This document shows, piece after piece, positions 52,701 through 63,700 of a DNA stretch of 64,000 nt (its first letter is position 1; every line of letters begins with the position of its first letter). This DNA is from Pocillopora damicornis (Eukaryota). Both the position numbers and the translations under genes were made by a program. Location of the stretch: positions 1 to 64,000 of the forward strand of contig NW_020844538.1 of assembly GCF_003704095.1 (NCBI RefSeq). Direction: 5' to 3'. Below the pieces are notes generated by a model, which was given only the letters and a program-made list of their open reading frames with translations, did no database searches and was not told the origin of the DNA.

Positions 52701-55700
52701 TGGTATATATGGCAAAGACAGGGAGGAAGCAGAGAAGAAAGCAAATTCAACCACAACATTGAAATGAGAGAAAAAAATAGTTTTAGAATGGACATGCTTG
52801 AACAAACAATAACCTAAGTAAACATGATCTAGCAATTGTCGCAATGATGAACAGCAGTAGTGAAAATAACCTAAGTAATAGCTAGCCAGTGCGAATATGG
52901 AGGGCAGGTGTAGTAAATACAGAAGAGACACAAAAAACAAGAAGATTAAGATGGGGGAGGGGGCAACAATTGGTTCAATTTTAGCATAGTGACCTGTGAA
53001 AAAGACAACAACTGGTGAATTAATATTCCTTCATTGCTGTCTCTTTCACCAGTCAGAATATAATTTGTTATCAAATAGCACCATCCATGAGCAGATTCCT
53101 TTCTGGAGAACATTTAGTATAAGCACTAAACTGAGTTAAGTCAGTTATCCATTGGTTCAAGCTCACTGAAGCACAACTGATTTTAGCTTTTTTTTCTGCA
53201 ACAGTTATCCCATTGAAGCACGTTCAACTGATTTTAACTTTTTTTCTTCTGCAACAGTTATTCCATTAAAGCATATTCAACTGATTTTAGCTTTTTTTCT
53301 TCTGCAACAGTTATCCCATTGAAGCACAGCTGATTTTAGCTTTTTCTTTTCGGCAACAGCTTTAACTGCAGTTTACCAGCCAGTCTTGCATTTATGCATG
53401 TCTAAATCCTGACATTTGATTTAAATCTCCCTATCTAAAAATTAACATTACATCATTATGACTCTGGATGTGGATTTTACCTAACAATTGGAACAGGTGA
53501 TGTAAAAATATGAATTTCTTCATCAGAAAGCTCATCAACATGTAGATCAAAACCACTTGCAGTCCCACGACAATCTTTCATATCAGCAGGTAAGGTAATA
53601 TCTTGGTTGTCTAACATCTGAGCAGAAAGAACTTACAACTGAGTTTTATCAAAGTTAGCTCTACCAGAGCTACCTTTGTTTAAATGTCTTTAAATGTCAC
53701 TTGCAACCTCAGTTCGAGCCATCAATAACCTAGAAAAGTTGACTACATTTACTTAAGACATACATCAAAACAAGACATAAGGTTAAGAACATTTCATACA
53801 TGTATACTAGGCCTACAAGTATAATATATATTGCATGTCACACTGTTCACTCCCAGTAACAAAGCAGGGTATTATAAAAATCAACCAAACAAGGAGGCTA
53901 GGAAGAAATCAATTCAAATTTCACAAATTCCACCCTTCTCATTTGCTTTTGTGGCTTGGTTTGCCTTTTTTCATACTCATAAAAGAAAGACACATGTGAT
54001 GTTCTCCTTTCTCAAACTGCGATTTACAATTGTTAAGGCATTCTTACTACCTGCTGTGGATTTAACTGGTGCATACTCCAAAGTGCATCACTTCCTATAA
54101 CTTGAGCATAAATTGTAGCTGCTGCTGGGACACTGACAAATCCTGGCTATAGAGATAAATCATTGTTAAAGTTTGTGCTACATCTTTAATAAAAGCAAAC
54201 TCAGATTCTATAATTAACCTGATTCTGACAATTTACAGTACTTCAAGAGTCATGCTGTTTTGTGGACTGTAACATAGGCAAACAAGATAAGGAAATAAAA
54301 AATACTTGCTGAAAACAAAATTTACCATTTACATTTCCTATTTACTATTGACAAAATTAAGAAAATTTATACCTCCAGTAAGCGATTGCAAGCATCCCTT
54401 AGAGTTGGTAGTGCACCTTCTCCAATAAGTTCTGTATCCCAAAGTTCTGTTACTAGTAAGTTAGCTCTGCTTTGGCAATTTCCATCTGTAAGAAAAACCA
54501 ACAATTACTTGTCAATTGAAACTGAATTTTCTATAAGCACCTTGTAAAAACAATCACCCACTACATTAATTGAAATAACAGTTATGAGTATTGCAGGATG
54601 TACAAATTATATTAATTAGCTGCCAAGTGCATTGCCCACCAAATCTGAATACTACAAGGTATATATAGAACTGACAAGATTTATTAATCGAGTACTATCA
54701 TTTCTAATTCTCTTTACAAGATGATTCTCTCCAATTCTCTGATGCTCTTCCAGATCTCTAAAATCATGCTGCAGTAACTTCCCAAGGCTGAGACCCAATA
54801 CTTCTTGTAACACATAGGTAAGTTATTGACCATCCTTGGACCTGTATTGAGGATGACCAATAACTTACCTAGTAAAAAAAGTAAAGCCTTTATACAGGCC
54901 CAAGTGGCCCATGGGGCATGAAGCATGAAGTGGCTAAGAGTATTATTACTCCCCCCTGGATGGGATGCTAGTCCATTGCAGGGTTACCCCCAGCACATTT
55001 GCTGGTACCCATTTGTACACCTGGGTGAAGAGAAGCACTGTGAGAGTAAAGTGTCTTGCCTAAGAACACAACACAGTGACCCTGGCCAGGGCTTGAATAA
55101 GTTACCGAAGCCTGGTAAAAATGGTTTCAAGTGCAATTATCATCAATTTTCATCATCATTGTCATTATCACTCTGCACCATATTCCATCCACAATAGATA
55201 ATTACTATTACATCTATCAAAATGATAAATTTTTTTACCTTCTTCCATTGATAATTCAGTTGAGCGTTTCCCAATAACTGAGATTTTGTCACCAAATCCA
55301 TTCTTTTTCACTATTTCACTAGCTACTTTAGCAATAGGTTCAAATGCCTGACAAATACAAAGTAAGCAGATTTGAGAATCCAGAATAACACAATTTGTTT
55401 CATGCATACTAAAAAGGTGATTGGTTACCTCGCAAGCAGTGGCCCCATCTGCCCCACTCCTCACAGCCATCATGGCCAGAAGTCCAGTCCCTGTTCCAAT
55501 ATCTAGCATGTGAATTTTTTTCCCAGCAGCTTTGATATTTTTGACAGCGTCTTTGGTTGCCTGATAGTACATTTTGTTCTACAGCGAAAAAGGATACAAA
55601 AATCTAAGAAACAACCAGTTTTCTTTTTTCTTTTCTAGCGGATCTACTGAGTGATTTTCCTAGCTGAACATGTCCTGAGAAACTCCTTCATAAGTGTCTC

Positions 55701-55992
55701 TTTTTTGCTCAACAATTGCAACTTATAGGATTCTATCAAAATCCTACCCTCTCGTCATCGTGAAGCATGTCTGCATAAGACGATCTGTGGAAGAAAGATG
55801 GAAGAGAATAACTTCGCTGAGTTTGTCTCTGGCTCGATCGTATTTCACTTTCCACACTACAGTTATCCTGTCAAACACGAATGTAACGATCTCCTTAAAT
55901 TACCTCGCGATTTCATTCCTCATGTCGTAATATTCATCCTCCATGACCCATTCCATTCTTCCTGTAGTTGGACTGAACCTCTGTAAAAACAT
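45414..55992 (-). CDS. PRMT7: Protein arginine N-methyltransferase 7 (two tandem PRMT modules), about 19 exons; possible upstream in-frame starts at 56097 and 56085
   Basis: Exon 1 [30 protein letters not shown], then [17 protein letters not shown]...[20 protein letters not shown]...ACE, ...[17 protein letters not shown], ...[20 protein letters not shown], ...HDDYSIWF, ...[17 protein letters not shown], ...[21 protein letters not shown], ...EPHHLWEYP, ...[11 protein letters not shown]. Stop at 45414. Confidence 0.95.
46672..46868. mobile_element. Penelope-type palindromic element with hammerhead motifs, nested in a piggyBac-type MITE (PRMT7 intron)
   Basis: Inverted repeat AGGGTAAAAAAGCTGACGTTTCGAGCGTTAGCCCTTCG...CGAAGGGCTAACGCTCGAAACGTCAGCTTTTTTACCCT. 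It is flanked by a direct duplication of about 13-16 bp (ATACTGATGTTAA) of the host MITE sequence. Confidence 0.8.
49557..49850 (-). mobile_element. Full-length tRNA-derived SINE with a CORE-like central domain
   Basis: 5' tRNA head with A box (AGTGGCCTCATGGTTAG) and B box (GGTTCAAGCCC). Central TTCTTAGGCAAGACACTTTACTCTCACAGTGC segment resembles CORE. 11-bp target-site duplication GGGGGAGGTAA at 49546-49556 and 49851-49861. Confidence 0.85.
52160..52371. mobile_element. piggyBac-type MITE, subfamily A, reverse orientation, just downstream of a PRMT7 splice donor
   Basis: TTAACCTTTTACACCCTAAC...CTTAGGGGTTAAAGGGTTAA. It is the reverse complement of the 13234 and 49896 copies. Confidence 0.8.
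53165..53362. repeat. Minisatellite, about 4 units of about 48 bp, in a PRMT7 intron
   Basis: Unit approx. CAACTGATTTTAGCTTTTTTTCTTCTGCAACAGTTATCCCATTGAAGCA(CGTT), repeated about 4 times. Confidence 0.85.
54880..55097 (-). mobile_element. Truncated copy of the same SINE family
   Basis: Near-identical to 49557-49790, with an internal deletion and no 5' tRNA head. Confidence 0.8.
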
Positions 55993-56097
55993 TTCGCTTC
56001 TCAACCGACCAGAGAAGCCGTAAAATCTCTCAGCTATTTTAGAAGAAAACGTACACAACTTCCTCAAATAGATCGAAGAGACCATTCCCAACAACAT

Positions 56098-56240
56098 GTG
56101 GGTTTTTCTAACAGGTTATTTGATTGGATTCTGTACTCCTGGCCAATGAAATTACGCGTTGTATAAGACTATAGTGAGGAGCGCCTATAGCAGCTTCTGT
56201 AGCCTCTACTACATTCAATAGCGGTGTAGACCTCACAGGA
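56098..56240. promoter_or_regulatory. Compact bidirectional PRMT7/NUDT7 promoter with opposed CCAAT boxes
   Basis: Only 143 bp between the upstream PRMT7 ATG (56097) and the NUDT7 ATG (56241). ATTGG at 56123-56127 and CCAAT at 56143-56147. Confidence 0.6.
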
Positions 56241-57023
56241 ATGGACGGAGCTCTAGATGGCAATATGAAAACCCCGTCAAATCAGTCTCATTTACTGGAC
56301 TTGTGCCACAGTAGAGTAAAAAAATATGCGGAAAAAAGACACGTAATTGCCCATGAAGTTCAAACAAATCCGGAGTTCCTGACCGCAGGAGTTCTTGTTC
56401 CAATTTTTATCAGAGAGGGATCTCTTTATACCCTTCTCACATTGAGATCTGAGCATTTACCCACTCATAAAGGAGAAGTTGCATTTCCTGGAGGAAAAAA
56501 AGAAGATGACGATGAAGACATTGTAGCCACAGCTTTAAGAGAAGCTCACGAAGAAGTTGGTTTATCTCCGGAGATAGTACAAGTCGTTGCAGTATTGAGT
56601 CCACTGACATCGCGTGCGAGAGCAAGGCCGATGTACGTGTATCCGGTAATTGGCCTCGTAAAGTCACAATTTGACTTAGTAATCAACAACTCCGAGGTTC
56701 AGACTACGTTTGAGGTCCCTCTGGAGTTTTTCCTTTCGAAAGAAACACATAAACGTGATAAAATGAATTTCAAAGGCAAGACATTTGAATTTCATTTCTT
56801 CTCGTATGACACAGGTGTAGGTGAAGGCGAGAGCCAAAAAGAAAATTCGACCTTCCATATTTGGGGATTAACTGCTTCAATTTGCTTAAGGGTGGCTATG
56901 GTAGCTTTGAGTAAACTACCCGAGTTTGACCTTGAAGAACACTACACAGAACTTATGCAGTACATAACAGAGATAAATGGAAATGATGATGATGATGAAT
57001 TAAAACCTCTGAGTAGAATGTGA
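56241..57023 (+). CDS. NUDT7: Peroxisomal coenzyme A diphosphatase (Nudix hydrolase), single exon
   Basis: AGVLVP, NuCoA motif LLTLRSEHLPTHKGEVAFPGG, Nudix box GGKKEDDDEDIVATALREAHEEVGL, IWGLTA, and a C-terminal PTS1-like -SRM, which favours NUDT7 over mitochondrial NUDT8. Confidence 0.9.
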   Translation: MDGALDGNMKTPSNQSHLLDLCHSRVKKYAEKRHVIAHEVQTNPEFLTAGVLVPIFIREGSLYTLLTLRSEHLPTHKGEVAFPGGKKEDDDEDIVATALREAHEEVGLSPEIVQVVAVLSPLTSRARARPMYVYPVIGLVKSQFDLVINNSEVQTTFEVPLEFFLSKETHKRDKMNFKGKTFEFHFFSYDTGVGEGESQKENSTFHIWGLTASICLRVAMVALSKLPEFDLEEHYTELMQYITEINGNDDDDELKPLSRM

Positions 57024-57590
57024 GAAAAATAAGGCCATGCTGAAATTTTGTGTTCAATAATTCTGCTAACCATCCTGTAATCCTTTTGGGGGAACGTCAC
57101 AAGACAGTAATAATAACCTATGCTTCCGACATACCACATTATTTTTCTAAATATATTTAAAAAGTGAGGTTGTAGATTAAAAGACACTCAATGATAGTCT
57201 TACAAATGATTTAGAGTTGAAGCCAGACAGGTCTTAATTATTTTTATCGGCAGCTTCACCCTGGTACCCTTTATCTTGATATTGTGACTCATAGATTTCA
57301 TAGATTGAATCATAGATTGTTCATAGAATGAACTTTAATATAGATTCAATTTGATGGCAATAGGAATTTGCCTTTGCCTCACTTACCCCTCCCTCCCAAA
57401 AAATGAAGCCTGCTTTTGAAAGTCTTTTTCATTGCTAGTATTTCTCTGATTTAAGATACTGAATTTTTCAGACATGCGATATGACCGAAATCCCTAAAAC
57501 TTTGCTATTGATTATCTGCAGAGAAGTATTTTTGTGACTTACCCCTCCTTGCTGCAACAAAAAGGCCCTATCTGGGGTCCCCATAGAAAT

Positions 57591-57608
57591 GGTGACGTCA
57601 CCATTTTG
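57591..57608. promoter_or_regulatory. Perfect CRE palindrome overlapping a YY1-like motif upstream of AMFR
   Basis: GGTGACGTCACC (12-bp palindrome, TGACGTCA core) overlapping CCATTTTG, about 150 bp upstream of the AMFR ATG. Confidence 0.5.
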
Positions 57609-57747
57609 CTGCACGCACCACTCAGACAAATGCTGAAGTCGCGATTAATTCGACGGTCGTGGGCACTGTAAAGGCTTCCCTTCTCTTCTTTGCTTTAGAT
57701 ACGTTTGTTTTTCACATCCTTTGAGTTGCATCATATCTAGAGGGAAA

Positions 57748-60700
57748 ATGCCGTTGGTTTTTCTCGAACAACTGCCTCTTCCCTCTCTGCAATCATATGT
57801 GACTGTAAGCGTGTTGTTGTTCGTTTCGGCCGTTCTCTACGCATTGAATGTCACTGTTGGTTCTGATGAGAAGGAGGAGTTGAATATTTACGATTTTATG
57901 TCTCAGGATAATTTTTGTTTTTGGGTAAGTGTTTTTTCGCTTTTACTAAAGTGCTTTTTAGCCGAGAATTGAGTATTCCTCTAATATTTGCCCTTGCATT
58001 TTACTCCCTTAGTCGAACTTGAACATGGCCTACTGTTGTTTGTTTTTGTTCGGGAAAATTATCCAAAGGGTTGTATTTGGAGATCTTCGCGCCAGTGAAC
58101 TTCAGGTAACTGATAAAACGACAGTTTAGGATGGTATGTTTTCTGAAAGTTATAACCGTAGCCTAATTAAGACCTGATAAGCTTTGTACACCCGCTAAAA
58201 TGACCGACCGGACAACAAGTAACTCCTCGAGAATATAGTAATTATGGTCGACTTTCAACTATTGATCTTTTGTTTAATTAGCTGTGCATCTTGCCTTCCT
58301 TCTTATATAATGTTTGATTTGATTCAATCTCGTGAGAAGTAAAAAGTTAGGAGAACGGTAGTGATCCAGATCGATTTCCTTTGCACTCCAACGTTTTCTC
58401 AGACTTCCTACTCTTACTTATTTTGAAAAGATATTTTGAAACTTACCCAAACGTGTATACATTAACCATAATAACGTGCTCACTTTTTCTTCACACCGTA
58501 ATCAATTCGCTCATCATGACAAAGCTTACAAATGCAGATTTTGGTTTTACTTGTGAGCTAAATATTGGCCATCTTAAACTTCAGTCTTGCTCAAATATTT
58601 GTTCCATTTGTGGTTTGAGGTTTGGATGTCTACCAGTGAGAGCCAGTCTAAAGTGATTGGTTCACATAGGAACAACATTTTAACCAAACCATGTGGAGAG
58701 TTTAAACGGATTTTGGTCTTTGTCTTACAGCAAATTCAAGACAGATTCTGGAACTTTATTTTCTACAAGTTTATTTTCATCTTTGGAGTTCTAAATGTGC
58801 AGAAATTCAATGAAGTGATGTGGTGGACGGCTTGGTTTACTCTACTCGGCTTCTTTCATTTGTTCACACAGCTCTGTAAAGACAGATTTGAATATGTAAG
58901 TCATTAGTGTCTTGCCTTGATTGTTAGCTGTCTGAATTACGCCTGCTATGGTAGCTTAATTGAGGGCAATTTTGTGTCCCATACCCTCAGATATCACATT
59001 GAAATTATTGAGAAGTTTTTGTTTATTTTTAGATTGTTGTTTCGTTTATTTTTGTTTTTTTCGTGTCAGAATGAGTACGTTGGACTTCAGGGTAAAGGGT
59101 CATGGTGTGAACAGAGAGTGATATAACAAAGCCATAGTCTTTTGAAAATCACTTACATTATGATTCAATCTCTTATGGGGCATGCAGACATCTCAAGAGA
59201 ATTTTGAAAGAACAATTGTTCTTCTCTAATGAGTATTCTGTCCTTGTAGGGAGTGAGAGGGTATAAACAAAGTAAAGGAATTATTATTCTACCACCACTT
59301 GCCTGAGCTGATATGTTTTATCAGTTGAAATAAATATTGAGGAAATGTTTTTCCTGGTTCTAAGAAATGATTGAATCATGACCATTTACAGAGGAACATG
59401 AGAAGATACATCATAGTGAACAAACAAACTGAATTGGCTTTTGTTTCTTCTATATTTTGTTATTTTTTTTCTTAATGTTCTTTATGCCCACACACTTCAT
59501 TTTACATTTTCTTGTATAATATTAATGGTACAGTTAATCATTATACTATGAAGGCTCTTTTCTTCCTGGTCAGAGGAGCGTCTGCTTACAATTAATAGAT
59601 TTTTAAGCAAGTTTATCACTAAATATACCCCTTTAATTTTTTCCTTTAGTTGTCTTTCTCACCAACAACGTCTCCTTGGTCTCATGCAAAAGTGATTGGT
59701 TTACTCAATACTTTGGTGTTATGTTGCAATGGATTGTTCTTCATCTGTCTTTTTATTGGTTGGCCAGATGGCATACACACTTTCACATTCATGTTGGCTG
59801 AGGTACATATATAGTCTATCTTTGCAGTTACTTTGTGTAGATGATTACTGATTTTTAAATGTTATCTTCTCTTATGAGAAGTTTCACAGTATATGATTTT
59901 ATTTTTCAGTGTATGTTGTTACTGATCAAAATAGTTCATGGTCTGATAAGGTAATTTCTATTTTGATAGTTACATGATAAGTATAAAATGCATGTGATGA
60001 TGTTGTTCTTCTTTATTATTTTAAACTCTTCTGCTAGCAAGCTGTGAGTGACCTTGTGATTGAGGTGGATTGAGGTGTTTGTATGGCACTTTATCTTGGA
60101 CAGGCACTTCTCAGAAAATTTTCAGGGATGAAAATTACCAGGATAGTTACCCCTTGCTCCCATCTCCAATCTTGAATAAAGCAGTCCAAAATTTGAAATT
60201 CATTTGATTCACAGTATCCAGACTTGTTACCAATAAACCTCTTTATATCCTGTAGGTATGGCATTCATCTGTGGGATATAGGTCATACCAGTATGTGGGA
60301 AGGAAGAAGCACATGGAGTTACAACACAGACATGATGATGGAATTGGCATTGTACATTGTGGACTTTGCTCATCACCTTCACATGTTGGTGAGAATGAAT
60401 TAAATATTAATTCTGTTGGTATTTCTGTTTGAAGTAAATGTGCCCCTAAATTTTCCATTCCCCTGGGCAGTAAATGAGATAAATGATATCCAATGAAATC
60501 TGTGCTGTGTCACAAAGATAATTATTACTCAAATTACAATTACACAAATGTTTATTGATAGTAATTCTGGTAATTGANNNNNNNNNNNNNNNNNNNNNNN
60601 NNNNNNNNNNNNNNNNNNNNNNNNNNNNNNNNNNNNNNNNNNNNNNNNNNNNNNNNNNNNNNNNNNNNNNNNNNNNNTGTATTGATATTGTAAGGAGAAA

Positions 60701-63700
60701 TTCTGCCTTGGTCAATCGTGGGAGTGAAAGGGTTAAATGTGACCATGTAGCTTACTATTTTACATGTGCAGTAATGAGATGCAGATGAAAGGTGATAATT
60801 TTGCTGCAGTGGTGAATTTTTTTTATATTTTTTATAGAATCATTTTACACGTCTGTCAGTGGTACAGGCAAAATTTGTATATTTTTGTTGAATGCAACTT
60901 GTTTAATTTGACATCTGATTGATGGTTGTCTGCATATGATCCGCAGGTTTCCCTTGGCAACAGAAGAAGAGTTGATTAAGAATAATGATGATTGTGCCAT
61001 CTGCTGGGATTCCATGGTTGCAGCAAGGAAGCTACCATGTGGTCATCTTTTCCATAAGTATGAAATTGTTTGAATTGTTCAAATTAATTTCCTCCAATGA
61101 GGAGCATTCCAACTTGAGCCTTTACTGTCCTTTTTACAGCTATATGTACACACTCTTTCTATCTCATGTTAATTCTTCAGTACTCAATATGGTAACAAGA
61201 ATTACTTCTGTACTCGATAAAACACCCATTGATGGTTAAAATGCTGATCAAGAACTTTTTTTCGGTTAGTTCTTGTCTCAGGTCGTGGCTGGAGAATGAC
61301 ACCTCCTGCCCTACCTGCCGCCAGTCACTTGCCAGCGATCTGCAGCCTGAGCAGGAGGAGCAGAGGCAATCAAGAGGAGTGGCTGCATTCATGATGGGGC
61401 GTGGGCTAAGAAGAAACCACTTTTTCCACTTTGATGGTGAGGTTAAAGCCATTTTCTCCTAATGGCCAAATAGTCAGACTGGGATGGTGGTAATTTAACA
61501 CCACTTTAGACAAGTTGCTTGTTACTTTGTAATTAAGAGAGTAAACCATTCTTTGCCATATTTTCTCTTTAGGTTCTCAGATAGCCAGCTGGTTTCCAAG
61601 CTTCTCTGTGGAGGTCATGCACACTGGAGTGGAAAATGCAGCTGAGGGTCAACTTCCAGAGAGCCGCATTGAAGCTATGGTAAATCTTTATCAAACAATC
61701 ACTCCATGAGCATACAATGGATATGAGATGACAAATAGCCAACAAGGCCTCATTGGCTAAAATCATCTCATATCCAACAATTGGTAGTGGAATAATTGGT
61801 TTATTAAAAATGCCCCAAAATAGAGATATATCTTCCCAACTTTATTTTGTAAGAACAAAGGGATTGTAACTGTATGAAAAATACTTCCCATTTAACTTGT
61901 CTTCATGTGTGTGCATAGTTTAATGGCTCATAACCCATGATGGCTAAGCCAATGAAAACTCTTGAATTGCATTATCCCAAGAACCAGTTTTTGATAATTA
62001 AGGATTTTCAGTCAATAATTTGTTTTTGTTTCTTCCAATCCTTTTTAACCATTTTTTTATTGTGCAATTTATCGGAATGAGCCAAGGAGCAACAGTCCAT
62101 TCATAATGTATTGTAATCAGTTGTGAGATTTACTGATGGATGACCAGGCTGAGTGAAAGTCATCGTCAGATTCAAGATCATCCAAGCATTACTCACTGTT
62201 AGAACTATGGTTCCTTTCCAGTATTTAGGTCATTGGATAATTTCACTCTGCTGTCAATTTCCTATTTAAAATTGACTAAGAATGGTGTGATGTTTATCTT
62301 TAGGCACACCAAGTACAGGCCATGTTTCCAAATATGCCATTCAACATCATTATGGAGGACTTAAGACACACTCACTCCCTTGAGGTCACCACTGATAATA
62401 TTTTGGAGGGAAACATAGCAGTGCCTTCTGTAAGTGATGTCCCTCAATTAGAATTGAAATATTGCAAGTGGGAGGATTTTGAAGTGGGGACCAAAATGAT
62501 AAACAGTGACAACAAGATAACTTTCTCTAAAGATCCCAAGCTAAAATATTACAATCTCCTTCAATGGCAAGTCTCTAACCATAGTAAGAACTTAAAGTCC
62601 TTTTGTTAATATGCACGTGCCAATCACGTGTAAAATTCATGCACATTACATTTTATATTATGGGCGAATTGAAACTGTAAATGTAGGTATCTTCTAAGAG
62701 ACTTAGATGGCAAAGGGGAATAACATCTGGTTTCTGCAGCGTATTCTGCTTTCCGCTGTATGCATGCTTACATACAAATATGTGCATGAACTTTGAAAAA
62801 AGGTTATTGAGAAATTGAAGGAGTGAAAGAAAAGTGAACCAAATAGGGTTTATTCTTTCCATCAGTAGTTAACTCTTTAACTCCCGTAGGTGACCAAGAC
62901 AGAATTTCTCCTTACTTTATCTGTACAATGTCATGCAAACAAGTGATGAGAATAAAGAAAAATATCAATTATGGGATATCTAATTGATCCAATACCAAAT
63001 TCTCCAAACTAACATAATGATAATCACTCTGAAGACAGTAAGGAGAATTAGTAATGAGGTCTTGGGAATTAAAGGGTTAATGTGATTGTCATGCTTTAAC
63101 TCACAGGTCGTGCTTCAACTCACAGGTTATCCTAATTTCTGAATCTTAACACTGTGACTTAATTTGCCTTGTTTAGGTCTGGACACCACCTGAGGAACAA
63201 TCAGAGGATTCAGAGCTCCTTCAGATAGCACACCCAGGTATGTGCTCAGAAAAGACTTTTTGTGCTAGGCTGGATGATATTCCAAGGAAGATGATTTAAT
63301 TTCTATATAAATCATCTAACCCTGGGATCCCAAGCCAAAAATGCTAGAAGTTGTTGTTAATGTAACAGGAACATGACCCTGGCCAGGCAGGTTACCCTAA
63401 TCCCACCTTGCAGCATTTACATGGCAAATTGTGACCCTGGCTGACAGTATTACCCTACCTCTCATACTGGACAATCTGCGGCAATCTGCCCAGGCAGGCT
63501 GCCCCACGTGTGTTGTAAACATGATCAACATAAGTTAAGGGATTTTATGGACAGATGGGTTACCCATCCTAGGCGTATCACTTCACTTACCTGGGGTGCC
63601 CCACCTCCATGTAAACAGGTCCTCAAACTCAACAGTGTATTTGGGTGAGGTGGGGCAAAGTGAACATCAATGCAGTCAGGTGGGAAAAATTAGCATCCCA

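Noticed and set aside
53674-53729. Possible poison cassette exon in a PRMT7 intron (TTTTCTAG acceptor, AAG|GTAGCT donor, in-frame TGA)
   Set aside because: The donor is weak, the downstream intron would be very short, and the flanking exons join without it. No support without transcripts.
59994-60070. C-box-like GTGATGA in an AMFR intron (snoRNA candidate)
   Set aside because: No correctly placed D box (CTGA) or terminal stem.
62130-62176. Third hammerhead-like motif on the minus strand (CTGACGATGAC...GTC)
   Set aside because: The GAAA catalytic box is missing. At most a decayed Penelope remnant.
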